From the NCBI GenBank assembly GCA_937899865.1, contig CALBRH010000025.1, forward strand, positions 32,001-96,000: a stretch of DNA of 64,000 bases, written 5' to 3'. The number at the start of each line of letters is the position of its first letter. The first letter of the stretch is position 1. A model generated the notes under the pieces. That model saw nothing but the letters and a program-made list of their open reading frames with translations. It had not been told where the DNA came from and did no database searches. The stretch comes from an uncultured euryarchaeote (GTDB lineage: Archaea; Thermoplasmatota; Poseidoniia; Poseidoniales; Poseidoniaceae). The translations under genes were made by a program, and so were the position numbers. This document shows positions 1-9,839 of this stretch, one piece after another.

Positions 1-2
1 AA

Positions 3-587
3 TTACATCAAAGGATTAATGCCCAAACTATAGTTGCCAACATCAACAATTACATCAGTCCCTGGAATCATCAATAACTTATCTTCTTGGTCAAGAGAAA
101 ATACTCCTACTCCTACTTCATCAGTCATCATCTTCAAATCTCTTCGACAAGCATTTTGATGCGCATCCATGTGGACAAGTTCCCTTAAATCAACAATTAC
201 AGTGTCACCATTAGCAATTCTTTGAGCAATGCCTCTAGTAGGTATGCGTTTCATTTCATCGGGTGAAACATAACGCAATGCCCTTGAAGGAAAGGAACGT
301 CTAGCTTTATTTTGTACTCCTAAATCATGAAATGGTTCCCCATCAGCAGTTACTGGACCTTGCCAGTTTGGTGGGATTGGGACACGATTTTGTCTCACAT
401 CCATTTTTGGTAATTTATCTAAAGGCTCTTGAACAGTTGCTGGTGGCTCATTGTTTAGAGTCGATTGAGATAAAGCGTTATTTTCATTGGCTTCAGGTTC
501 CTTTGCAGCAGGTTTAGAGGCTGAATTAGTAGGTTTTTCTGCCCCATCAGGATCGGGTAAACCAAAGAAACTCCACAAACTGGGCAT
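3..587 (-). CDS. sepF: Cell division protein SepF (archaeal type)
   Basis: N-terminal amphipathic segment MPSLWSFFGL, long Pro-rich linker, C-terminal domain with NGDTVIVDL matching the archaeal SepF G[DN]xxIxD motif. ATG at 587 chosen over GTG 593. Confidence 0.7.
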   Translation of the reverse strand: MPSLWSFFGLPDPDGAEKPTNSASKPAAKEPEANENNALSQSTLNNEPPATVQEPLDKLPKMDVRQNRVPIPPNWQGPVTADGEPFHDLGVQNKARRSFPSRALRYVSPDEMKRIPTRGIAQRIANGDTVIVDLRELVHMDAHQNACRRDLKMMTDEVGVGVFSLDQEDKLLMIPGTDVIVDVGNYSLGINPLM

Positions 588-596
588 AATCACACA

Positions 597-3500
597 TCAC
601 AAGTCTAAGTCATCTAAAATATCATTCAGAGAATTGCTTGCTGATTGAGTTGTAGTATCTGTAATTGTTGGTTGACTTTGAACCGCTGGGGCTGATTGTG
701 CAGCAAGATACTGTGCGCCATAGTACTGCCATTGTTCCATAGTCCAACCTTCTGGAAGACCAGTAGCAGGAAGTGGTGGAGATTGGCTTGCAACAGGTTC
801 TGGTTGAGGTGCTACAACTTCTTGTGTTACAGGTTGTGGAGTGGGGTTGTATGCAGCATATGGGTCAGGTTGTGTGGCAGCTTGAGGTTGCGGTTCGTAA
901 GAACTGTAAATGTCTGGCTGAACCGTTTCTTGTTGATATAAGCCAAACCCTGTATCGGCTCCAAGGTTATTGATTGGTTCACTAAATTGACTGGTAGTTG
1001 TACTTATGATAGTGAGGTCAGAATATTTATCGGATGTTGAACCAGAGTTTCTAGTAAATAGTAAGAATGCGGCAAGGCCAATTACGACTATTGCAAGGAT
1101 ACCAATTATCAAAGTTCCAACTCCACCAACAGAATCGGTAATTGCTTCAAGGAAACCTTCTGCAGGCTTTGCCTTCACAACAATTTCAATTGAAGTAGTA
1201 CTACTTTCACCGTCGTCGTCAGTAGCAGTCATGGTTATTGTCCATGTTCCTGGAGGTAAATCAGCAATCAACCATTCTGCACCATAGTGATCAATATCGC
1301 CGACCTTTTCACCATCAAGGTCCGAATCAAGATGATTACTATCCCATGCATAAATCAGTGACAATTTGTCAAATACTGTATCAGTAGTAGTAATACCTGA
1401 TAGAGTTAGGTTGTCTCCTTCATTCAATGCTAAGACATCAGTGCTATTGGTTATCTTAGCTCTTGGAGCAGTATTAATCACACTGACGTTGATACTTGTT
1501 GAGTCACTCGCACCATCATCGTCTGTAACGGTTGCAGTAATCCATCTAACTCCACTAGTTGGCCATGAAGCAGTCATTTCAAGCCCATTAATGTCACAGT
1601 CATTGTCAGCAACTCCATCCTCATCAGCATCACTTAAGGAATCTAAATCCCAACAGACTTCGAGATTATCAATATCTGATGCAGTGTCATCAACATCAGC
1701 AGTGAAAGTAATGTTATTGTCCTCAAAAATTGGTTGTGTAGATCCAAGTGAAGCAATTGATGGGGCCACATTTGAGATGTTCACTATTCCAGTTCTAATC
1801 TCAGACTTTTCATTATCGTTATCATATGCTACAACAGTTAGATTATGAAGTCCTGAAGTTGGCCAAGATACTGTTGTTTGTGATGAGGGCCCAACAGTTG
1901 TTATGGTCCAATTTTCATCCAAGTCAGAAGGCATCCATTCAATAATCACGGAATCTTTGTCCAAAGGAGTATCGTCTGCTACGGCTCGTAATATGACGGT
2001 TTCATCTTCGTTCAAGTTCCAGTAACCCATTTCATCAGTCGATTGGTTTTGGCCGGCTTTCCATAATTCGGGTTGGGCTAAGGTTGGAGCAACATTCAGT
2101 ACATCTAGAGTCCTAGTTATGGTGGTTATTGCCCCGTCATCATCTTCAGCAATCGCAGTTATTGTCATTGGACCTTCTTGGTTAGCAAGGAAAGTACATG
2201 TTGGCTGAGTAGTTCCTTCATTACAATTTAAGCCAGGCCAAGTAATTGTGACCTCTTGCCCGGATGGAGATATAGTGTCTACATCCCCACTATCACTAGC
2301 ATCAGCGAAGACGAATTGGTTAACCTCGATAGTTTCCGGAGCGCTCAAATTCATGTAAGGCGCACGATTTAATACGGTTGCAGAAACATCGATTATGTCA
2401 GTGTCAAGTTCATCATCGGTAACAATAACTTGTATATTCCAAGCTCTTCCGTCACTCCAGTTATATTCGATGATACAATCCTCACTGTCAACATTGTCAA
2501 TTAGTCCAGGTTGTTTTTCCACAGAGAATCGACAGGTCACCGCTCCACCATCTTCATCAAAACTTGCTGATGCATCGATAGTGACATTCTCAAAAGTATA
2601 AACTCCATCTACAACGGTTACTTGAGCAGTAGGAACTCGTCCAATAAATATCTCAACATTGGCTAAATTGTTGGTACGGTTTGAGTCTTCAGTAACTAGG
2701 TTATCAGGGTCTACTTCAATTAGCAGATTCTGAATTCCTATCGGTTCATTGGCTGGTACTTCCCAGTCTATGTCAACTCTTGATTCACCATAGGAAGGGA
2801 TTGACGGTAGAGGTTCGGTTATCACAGTACCACTTGGAGTTGTAACATCAATTGTAGTGGCAGTGGATGCAAGTAAGCCTCGGTTTTGAGTTGGAATAGA
2901 AAACGACAAAGTATCGCCAGGTAGAGCATTGTATCCAATTGATTTAGTTAGGGTTGATTCAACACCATCTCTGGTTCTAGTGACAATTATCGCATCGGTT
3001 TGAGCAATTAGATCAACCGGGGTAAGCGATAAATCAATCACGATAGTTGCAGCACCGACAATCTCTGCTTGAGGGTCCCAAACAATTAATCCGTTACTGG
3101 AAAAGTCATCACTAGAATTTGTAGTATCAACTACGTTAGATGAATTTACGATTTCTGTAGCCTGTCCATTGGCATCAGTTGTTGGATTGAGATATGTGTT
3201 AGTCATCTCATAACGTAGTTGTAGGTTAGTATTGGCCTGTGCATTACCGCTTGGCCCCCCATAATCTATGGAAATGGTTTGTTCTACATTTGGTAGAGTT
3301 GCAATTCCTTGTAAGCCAACATCAATTTCAAGGTCGCGGGTCCCTGGATTTGAATTCGGATTGACACCACTTGACCCAGCTGGCTCGTATGATTTAAGTA
3401 ACCAATCAATAGTAAATCCAGCAGCATTACTGATTCTCATCCATGAATTATATCTAACGTCAGGACAATACCAATTGAATCCTTGACTCACTCCAGTAAC

Positions 3501-4274
3501 GTTCCACTCGTTTATTTTGTATGAATCGTCGCATCCCGAATAACCAATATTGATGCCATCTTCGGTTGGAATTCCTTGAGCAGTAATTTGCCAACTGTTG
3601 TTTTCAGGCCCTGCCGTGTCAAATTCTGAGGGATCAAAATAATCAGAAGAACCGGAAACAGAGGTAGAAGCAAAGAATTCCATGTACCATTGATCACCTG
3701 TGTGTAGTGGGAAATCATACTTTTCTTTGGGTGGATTGTAAGATGTGTCAAAAGAAATTTCTGCTATATCTTGTTCTAAGAAGCCAAAATTAAACGGTCG
3801 AAATTTAACATCGAGAGTAAATTCAGAATTGATTACAGCCATATCACGAACTCGTATAACATCTTCACCACTATAACCTATGTCGAGACGACCACTAACG
3901 CCTTCTAAAGTCGCACCACTATTTCCAGAGGTAAAGTCTCCTTCAATTTCCATCCTGTAGGCTAATGTTTGGACGTTATTGACATTGATGAAGAAGATAT
4001 CCTTAACTTCGTAAACAGTATCTCCTGTCAAGGTGTTGAGAGATGCAGCAACATTAGCTTGTTGAATCAGTTGTTGAACATCAAACTGAGTTTCATAGGT
4101 ATATTTGTCACCAATTCGCCATGTAGGGACATCAGGCCAACCATTTAGTGTGCCACTTTCACTTATTGTTGGAGTATCAGTTAGGCTGTTTTGTTTTGAG
4201 TCATTGAGGCTAGCCAATGGCGCAATAAACATAATTGAAATTAGAAGTATAGCCAAGCAGCGTTGCTTAAACAT
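597..4274 (-). CDS. Large secreted, C-terminally anchored surface protein (N-terminal PxWxxGDxWxY domain, CARDB-like domain, PKD-like repeats, TM helix, GWTMEQW tail)
   Basis: 1225-aa ORF with signal peptide; CARDB-like IEVDPDNLVTEDSNRTNN; repeated PKD-like (I/V)TVTDDDG...T motifs; DxDxDG motifs; TM GVGTLIIGILAIVVIGLAAFLLF; Pro/Gln-rich tail. Confidence 0.8.
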   Translation of the reverse strand: MFKQRCLAILLISIMFIAPLASLNDSKQNSLTDTPTISESGTLNGWPDVPTWRIGDKYTYETQFDVQQLIQQANVAASLNTLTGDTVYEVKDIFFINVNNVQTLAYRMEIEGDFTSGNSGATLEGVSGRLDIGYSGEDVIRVRDMAVINSEFTLDVKFRPFNFGFLEQDIAEISFDTSYNPPKEKYDFPLHTGDQWYMEFFASTSVSGSSDYFDPSEFDTAGPENNSWQITAQGIPTEDGINIGYSGCDDSYKINEWNVTGVSQGFNWYCPDVRYNSWMRISNAAGFTIDWLLKSYEPAGSSGVNPNSNPGTRDLEIDVGLQGIATLPNVEQTISIDYGGPSGNAQANTNLQLRYEMTNTYLNPTTDANGQATEIVNSSNVVDTTNSSDDFSSNGLIVWDPQAEIVGAATIVIDLSLTPVDLIAQTDAIIVTRTRDGVESTLTKSIGYNALPGDTLSFSIPTQNRGLLASTATTIDVTTPSGTVITEPLPSIPSYGESRVDIDWEVPANEPIGIQNLLIEVDPDNLVTEDSNRTNNLANVEIFIGRVPTAQVTVVDGVYTFENVTIDASASFDEDGGAVTCRFSVEKQPGLIDNVDSEDCIIEYNWSDGRAWNIQVIVTDDELDTDIIDVSATVLNRAPYMNLSAPETIEVNQFVFADASDSGDVDTISPSGQEVTITWPGLNCNEGTTQPTCTFLANQEGPMTITAIAEDDDGAITTITRTLDVLNVAPTLAQPELWKAGQNQSTDEMGYWNLNEDETVILRAVADDTPLDKDSVIIEWMPSDLDENWTITTVGPSSQTTVSWPTSGLHNLTVVAYDNDNEKSEIRTGIVNISNVAPSIASLGSTQPIFEDNNITFTADVDDTASDIDNLEVCWDLDSLSDADEDGVADNDCDINGLEMTASWPTSGVRWITATVTDDDGASDSTSINVSVINTAPRAKITNSTDVLALNEGDNLTLSGITTTDTVFDKLSLIYAWDSNHLDSDLDGEKVGDIDHYGAEWLIADLPPGTWTITMTATDDDGESSTTSIEIVVKAKPAEGFLEAITDSVGGVGTLIIGILAIVVIGLAAFLLFTRNSGSTSDKYSDLTIISTTTSQFSEPINNLGADTGFGLYQQETVQPDIYSSYEPQPQAATQPDPYAAYNPTPQPVTQEVVAPQPEPVASQSPPLPATGLPEGWTMEQWQYYGAQYLAAQSAPAVQSQPTITDTTTQSASNSLNDILDDLDL

Positions 4275-4319
4275 GGTTATCCGAAGAAGTCCTATTACTT
4301 GAGAGAGTCGTTATTTAGT

Positions 4320-7300
4320 CTACTTTTGAGATTTTAACCATTCATGACCGTAATACTTCCATTGTTCCATAGTCCATCCGTCAGGAAGTCCGCCTTCGGG
4401 TAATTGCGGATCGGCAAGTAGATCATCGATTGAAAAATCATCAGAATCAGCAGCATTAGGTGGGAGTTGTAATGCTTGGTCAAAGACAAAACCAGGCGGT
4501 GGAGCGGCTGGTTTGCGAGTTTCTGAATTCAATTTTCCATCGCTATCAAATGCTGAATCTAGTTCATCTTGTTCCCAAGTTTTTACTTTTTCAGCATTGC
4601 TTCTACGACGTCCAACCAGTACAAGTAGCATGATTACGATTAATGCAAGAGCGAGTTGGGCTATTGGGTTGGCTTCTTCTCCAGCGAGTAATGCTCCAGC
4701 TTCTTCTATGATGTTGCGATCTGCTGGACCTACATCAACGACCATTTCCTTTGAGCCAGGTTTTTCTGGGTTTTCATCCCATACAATTGCTTTAATCGTT
4801 ACCTTACCTTCCTGCCTGAACGTATGTTCAACTCTAGCGCCAACTAGGTCAGCATCATTATCTTTAATTCCATCACCATTACTATCAAAGTTGATATCAG
4901 TATCCCATGCATAATTTAATCCACCTATGTCATTAAGTGAATCAGTGGTTGAGCGTGCATCAAGAATACATTTTTCATACGCTCGACATTGAATTGATTT
5001 GACTTTGACAAGTGGGGGGATATTGACAACATTGACCACTACAACTTCACTGGTTGTTGCGCCATCATCATCGGTCACGTGATAGACAACAGTATGTGAA
5101 CCACTTCGGTTCCAAGCATAATTGAAAACATCTCCAATGATATCACAATCATCACTGGCTCCTCCTATGCCATCACTATCTATTCCGGGGTCAACATCCC
5201 AGCATTTGACTAGTGATGCTAAATCACTTTGTGTATCTGTTGAGTTTCCAGTAATAGTAATTGTTTGGCCTTCAGCAATTGGTAAAATTGAATCTAATGG
5301 TTGTACTATTGGGGGGACATTTCTAATGTTTACCCAGCGCTCATTCGTTGAACTAGTAGCACCATCATCATCGGTGACATCGAGTCTAATGGTATGTAAT
5401 CCAGAGGTTTGCCAACTCATATCAAATTCAGTGACTCGGCCTTTCAAGAAGTAAATCAAGTCAGACTGGCGGTTATCTGGCCACCAAGTATGATCCAAAT
5501 CCTCTATATCATCAACAGAATCCTCAGCCTGTCCTTTTATAGTGACTAATTGGTCTTCATCAAGTTGCCAAATCTGCTGTTCATCAGATTCGATAATTCC
5601 ATTATTATCATACAGATTGATTATTGTACTGTGAGGAGCAATATTAGTGAATAAAATATCGATATTTGCTTCTGTTTGTGCTAAATCATCATCTACGCCA
5701 ATAGCTTTGAAAGAATGATAACCTTCAGTAGGAGCAGTAGTTGTACAAGTCTTAGTGTAATACCCTTCCATACACTGAGCATCAGGCCAAAAGACATCTA
5801 CCACTCCAGGGAATGGGTCTTCAGAATCAGTGTCATTAGCAAATGCATACAAGGTGATAGGATGTTCTACTCTTGCTTCAGTACGCATACTTCTAATTTC
5901 TATTAATGGAGCCCTATTAGTTATATTTGCATACAGGATTTGTTCGACCTCATCACGCTCTTCATCAACAACAGTGACAACAATTGGATAATTTCCATCG
6001 TCAATCCAAGTCCAATTAGTTTGACAACTGGTAGATACTACTTCCATGTAAGCCCATGAACGAGAACCGTCATCATAAGGGATGTCAAATATGCATGAAA
6101 CATTGCCGCCATCTTCATCGAAACTTGAGCTTGCATTTATGAAAACCTCGACCTTTGTTAGTGCACTAACATGATTTGCCACTGGAGTAGGCAATCTTCC
6201 TACGAATAATTCGATAATAGCATAGTCGTTGTTTGGATTGGCATCTGCAGAGTTCAATTCATCAGGGTCTGCTTCCCAAGAAATCGGTATATTTCCAATT
6301 GGTTGATTTTCAGGTACATCCCATGTGAAATTAGTTTTGTAGATTTCATAGGTAGATAGTGATGGCACTGGTAAATTGAAATCATTACCAGTAGGAGGAT
6401 AGATGCGCAAATCGGTGGCGACGCTATCTGAAATGCCATTATTTTGAATTGACACCTCGATAATAAGTTGATCACCAGGGAGTACATTATATCCTGAAAG
6501 AGAGTTTAATTGCTTTAATTCTCCATCCCTATTTCTAGTAATTATGGCTCTTTCAGCATCAGCGAATAAGTCCAATACTACAAGGTCATCATCAAGAGTG
6601 ATTGTCTTAGCCCCAACTAAATTGCCAGAGGTTGTTCTCGCTACTAATCCATGACTTGCCCAATCGTTTGAAGTAACTGAACCGTCTACTGAATTACCTA
6701 TGTTTATTATCGTCCAAGCACTGCCATTAGATGCTGTAGTTAGTGCTTGGACTTCACCAGTCGCTTCATGCCTTAGTTCTAGTGAAACACCGCTAGTACT
6801 GCCTAAACATCCTGCTGCAGACGAAGCGTTTACCCAGACCTCTATTGGCGTGTCCAAAGCGGTAACATCACTTTCAGTATCGATAAAAAGACAATCTTCT
6901 CTAATGCCAGGGTCATTGTAAATATTTACTCCAGATGAATCCTTTGGCATATATTCTTTGAGTCTAAAATCAATAGTTAGCCCGACATCTTCCTCAGTAT
7001 GCTTCCAAGCAAAATTTCGTGCTGCTGGGCAGTACCAAGTATACCCTGCTTCATCACCATCTGAATTAAATGAAGTGATTTCGTAGGATTGATCGCAACC
7101 TCCATAGTTAATCGATTGACCAAACTCATTGCTTGGTTTGCCAACATTTGTTACTTCGTAGGTTGAACTATTGGTATCTGAAGTTGGTGGAGGAAAAGGT
7201 GTAATGTAGTCACTTGAACCGGACCATTGTGATGTTGAGGTTACGGTAGTAGTCCATCTATCTCCATCTCTTAACGGGAAATCATAGTTTTCGCTTGGAG

Positions 7301-7841
7301 GCGAGTAGGTATTAGATATCGTAATGTCACCGATGGTCTGTTTCAAAAAGCTAATTCCACTTGGTGTGAATTCTATGAATAAATCTAAATCACTTCGAAG
7401 TGATGCTAAATCACTTACTCGCAAAACTTCAGTTTGGGTAAATTCAATTTCTGCGGTGCCGGTGAAGCTATCAAGTGAAACTCCTGATTTGTCAAAATTA
7501 GCCGAGGTTCTAACTGTGTAAACCAAGGTTGGCGTGCCATCAACATTTTGTTCTGAAATAGATAACACTTCAGTTATTGAATCCCCGTTTATTTCACCAA
7601 CATTAGCTTCCACTCCAGAGTCAATTACTAATTGCGTGGGGTCAAATGTCCCAGCATATTTCCATTTGTCACCCACGCGCCAAACAGGGACATCAGCAGT
7701 ACTGGCAGAAGACTTTGAACTATTTTCAGGGTCTGTGATGTCTTCCAGAGAGTTTGTTGCGTCGTAAGGAATTGTAGTTGAGAAAAGCATGATTGCTACC
7801 AAAGCCAGCGCTTTGATTTGCAGGTACGCGATGCTCCGCAT
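4320..7841 (-). CDS. Tandem paralog of the 597..4274 surface protein
   Basis: Collinear motifs with the neighbour (VPVWRVGDKW, YDFPLRDGDRW, WYCP, SSFDEDGG, VTDDDGAT, LPDGWTMEQWKYYG). Start placed at ATG 7841 (MRSIAY...) ahead of a signal peptide. Confidence 0.8.
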   Translation of the reverse strand: MRSIAYLQIKALALVAIMLFSTTIPYDATNSLEDITDPENSSKSSASTADVPVWRVGDKWKYAGTFDPTQLVIDSGVEANVGEINGDSITEVLSISEQNVDGTPTLVYTVRTSANFDKSGVSLDSFTGTAEIEFTQTEVLRVSDLASLRSDLDLFIEFTPSGISFLKQTIGDITISNTYSPPSENYDFPLRDGDRWTTTVTSTSQWSGSSDYITPFPPPTSDTNSSTYEVTNVGKPSNEFGQSINYGGCDQSYEITSFNSDGDEAGYTWYCPAARNFAWKHTEEDVGLTIDFRLKEYMPKDSSGVNIYNDPGIREDCLFIDTESDVTALDTPIEVWVNASSAAGCLGSTSGVSLELRHEATGEVQALTTASNGSAWTIINIGNSVDGSVTSNDWASHGLVARTTSGNLVGAKTITLDDDLVVLDLFADAERAIITRNRDGELKQLNSLSGYNVLPGDQLIIEVSIQNNGISDSVATDLRIYPPTGNDFNLPVPSLSTYEIYKTNFTWDVPENQPIGNIPISWEADPDELNSADANPNNDYAIIELFVGRLPTPVANHVSALTKVEVFINASSSFDEDGGNVSCIFDIPYDDGSRSWAYMEVVSTSCQTNWTWIDDGNYPIVVTVVDEERDEVEQILYANITNRAPLIEIRSMRTEARVEHPITLYAFANDTDSEDPFPGVVDVFWPDAQCMEGYYTKTCTTTAPTEGYHSFKAIGVDDDLAQTEANIDILFTNIAPHSTIINLYDNNGIIESDEQQIWQLDEDQLVTIKGQAEDSVDDIEDLDHTWWPDNRQSDLIYFLKGRVTEFDMSWQTSGLHTIRLDVTDDDGATSSTNERWVNIRNVPPIVQPLDSILPIAEGQTITITGNSTDTQSDLASLVKCWDVDPGIDSDGIGGASDDCDIIGDVFNYAWNRSGSHTVVYHVTDDDGATTSEVVVVNVVNIPPLVKVKSIQCRAYEKCILDARSTTDSLNDIGGLNYAWDTDINFDSNGDGIKDNDADLVGARVEHTFRQEGKVTIKAIVWDENPEKPGSKEMVVDVGPADRNIIEEAGALLAGEEANPIAQLALALIVIMLLVLVGRRRSNAEKVKTWEQDELDSAFDSDGKLNSETRKPAAPPPGFVFDQALQLPPNAADSDDFSIDDLLADPQLPEGGLPDGWTMEQWKYYGHEWLKSQK

Positions 7842-7910
7842 GCTATAGCGACGCAATACATAGGAAATGAACACTTCTCCTACCAAGTAGGAAAGGTTGA
7901 GAAGTTAATT

Positions 7911-8525
7911 TCACAACAAGTCTGCTAGTTCGTCCTTGATGATTTCAACTGCTTCAAGAATCTCATCTTTATGGCGAGCACCAGTGATTACCATCTTTCC
8001 ACTACCGAAAATCAAACAGACAACCTTAGGATAGTCGAGTCGGTAAATCAAACCAGGGAATTGTTCAGGCTCGTATTCTACCTTGTCGAAAGGAAGGTGG
8101 AAGGTTAAGTTGTTTAGATTCAACTTTCTTGGAACTCCAGCAAGTGGTTCTCCAGTAAATTTGTCGTTACCATCATAGTCTTCAGGGTAATGAAGAGCGT
8201 ATGTTGCAACCATGTTTTGGACTTCAATTTCAACATCAGATAAGTCCCAAGTCTTGATTCCAGCACCACGTAGATCGGAAATCATTCTGTCGATTCCAGT
8301 ATGGATATTATCTTCATCTTTACCACCAGTACATACTGCTCGACCTGAACGGAACATTAGAATAGCCAGTTTCGGGTCAGTTACTCGGTAAACTACACCT
8401 GGAAACTGCTCAGGTTCATATTCACAATTCAACTGAATTGCAATATCTGGGAGGTCAAGTTCTTCAGCAACTCTTGTGCTGGCAACTACATTTACTACTG
8501 TTAGACGTTCTTCATCTGTTGTCAT
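7911..8525 (-). CDS. tbp: TATA-box-binding protein
   Basis: Two internal repeats NVVAST...EYEPEQFPGVVYR...LMFRSGRAVCTG and NMVAT...EYEPEQFPGLIYR...LIFGSGKMVITG. Confidence 0.97.
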   Translation of the reverse strand: MTTDEERLTVVNVVASTRVAEELDLPDIAIQLNCEYEPEQFPGVVYRVTDPKLAILMFRSGRAVCTGGKDEDNIHTGIDRMISDLRGAGIKTWDLSDVEIEVQNMVATYALHYPEDYDGNDKFTGEPLAGVPRKLNLNNLTFHLPFDKVEYEPEQFPGLIYRLDYPKVVCLIFGSGKMVITGARHKDEILEAVEIIKDELADLL

Positions 8526-8548
8526 GTTTAAAAGCGACTTATAAGAGG

Positions 8549-8556
8549 TATATAAA
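8549..8556 (-). promoter_or_regulatory. TATA box of tbp (TTTATATA), probably leaderless transcript
   Basis: Plus-strand TATATAAA at 8549-8556 reads TTTATATA on the minus strand, 23 nt upstream of the ATG. Confidence 0.7.
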
Positions 8557-8595
8557 CAAAAGCATTTGTCCTAAACAAATTATGTTGCCACAGAC

Positions 8596-9759
8596 TTAGA
8601 TTTTTGTCCAAAATGTGACATTTTCGACACTATCTATTTTCATCCCAGGGCTACCTAATTTTGAAATCAATGTCCTGCCACCTGCAAGTTCTATGGCATC
8701 ACTGGTAAGTTTGGGGTTTTTTGTTAGTGCAACCATACATCCTCCCCCGCCAGCACCGGTTAATTTAGCCCCAAGGCTTGTCGGGGCAGCCGCTTTGATT
8801 AAGTTATCAAGTTCTGGACTCGATACACCAATGCTATTGAGCATAATTTGATTCTCACTCATGGTTCGCCCTACTGCTTCATAATCACCATTTCTTAATG
8901 CTTCAATACCTCTTCGAGCTATTTTTCCAATCGTTTCGATTTCTTCAATTCTAGATGGATTTTTTTGTAACATATTAGCGACCTTAGCAACTTGTTTACT
9001 AGTAGGGGCGCTTACTCCTGTGCTACCAATCACTAAGTATACATCATCCGGTTTTTTATCCAAATTTAGTTCATGAATATGCCAAAACCGTTCACCTTCC
9101 GGCATCTTCAACTCTCTTCGATATAGATAATCAATGTCATCTTCGATTTGGTCAGAGATAATGATGACTTCACCATGTGAGCAGGTGGAAGAATCCATTG
9201 GTGAAGCCCGTCCATTTTGGGCTGCGGCTTCTACACTGTGAGCAAGAATCGCATTTTCATCAGCATCTACTGCCTTTTCACCTGTGATATGAAATAATTC
9301 AGTTGTTGGCTTAATCGAGAAAAACCCTTGTTGATTATCATAAGCATTTGTTGTTAAGATACTAGCACCAAATCCTTCAGCCCATTGTTGCTGAGTTGTA
9401 GCACCACTTGCCTCTACCCATCTGCCACGAGCTAGACGAAGTGCACCTGCAAAGGCAACTGATAATGCTGCTGAAGAGCCAAGTCCAGACGCTCTTGGAA
9501 TGTTACCTTCGATGTGGATTGATAATGGCGGTGCACCCTCGTCTGTGGGCCATAATTTATCGATCAATCCTTTGATGTGAGGATTACGTTCCATGTTTAA
9601 TGCACTACCATCAAGAAGCCACATGCCAGTCTGTGAAGGTTGAATCTTGACAGAAATCCTTTGGTCAATTGCTACCGCTACTGCTGGGTGACCATATACA
9701 ACAGCATGTTCACCAAATAGAATACATTTTCCAGGTGCGCTTGTGCTGATATAACTCAT
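8596..9759 (-). CDS. mvk: Mevalonate kinase (GHMP kinase)
   Basis: SAPGKCILFGEHAVVYG, IPRASGLGSSAA, GRASPMD, GAKLTGAGGGG. Start ATG 9759 preceded by SD GGAGGT. Confidence 0.88.
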   Translation of the reverse strand: MSYISTSAPGKCILFGEHAVVYGHPAVAVAIDQRISVKIQPSQTGMWLLDGSALNMERNPHIKGLIDKLWPTDEGAPPLSIHIEGNIPRASGLGSSAALSVAFAGALRLARGRWVEASGATTQQQWAEGFGASILTTNAYDNQQGFFSIKPTTELFHITGEKAVDADENAILAHSVEAAAQNGRASPMDSSTCSHGEVIIISDQIEDDIDYLYRRELKMPEGERFWHIHELNLDKKPDDVYLVIGSTGVSAPTSKQVAKVANMLQKNPSRIEEIETIGKIARRGIEALRNGDYEAVGRTMSENQIMLNSIGVSSPELDNLIKAAAPTSLGAKLTGAGGGGCMVALTKNPKLTSDAIELAGGRTLISKLGSPGMKIDSVENVTFWTKI

Positions 9760-9764
9760 CAAAT

Positions 9765-9770
9765 ACCTCC
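9765..9770 (-). promoter_or_regulatory. Shine-Dalgarno GGAGGT of mvk
   Basis: ACCTCC on the plus strand, 5 nt upstream of the ATG at 9759. Confidence 0.7.
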
Positions 9771-9839
9771 AGTTTGACCGCTTATATGTCAACCTCATGA
9801 TGTGGTTTTATTTGTGCTTTGATACGGTGACTTCAATAG

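Noticed and set aside
332-7767. Many plus-strand ORFs (e.g. 1366..1848, 4513..4914, 5122..5454) opposite the giant genes
   Set aside because: Ser/Ile/Val-rich antisense shadows of acidic proteins, with no motifs or ribosome-binding context.
8040-8430. Direct repeat encoding EYEPEQFPG twice
   Set aside because: Intrinsic two-fold repeat of TBP, not a DNA repeat element.
3-8525. Single operon tbp-surface-surface-sepF
   Set aside because: The 597..4274 gene has its own TATA-like element at the 23-nt spacing; only its coupling to sepF is retained.
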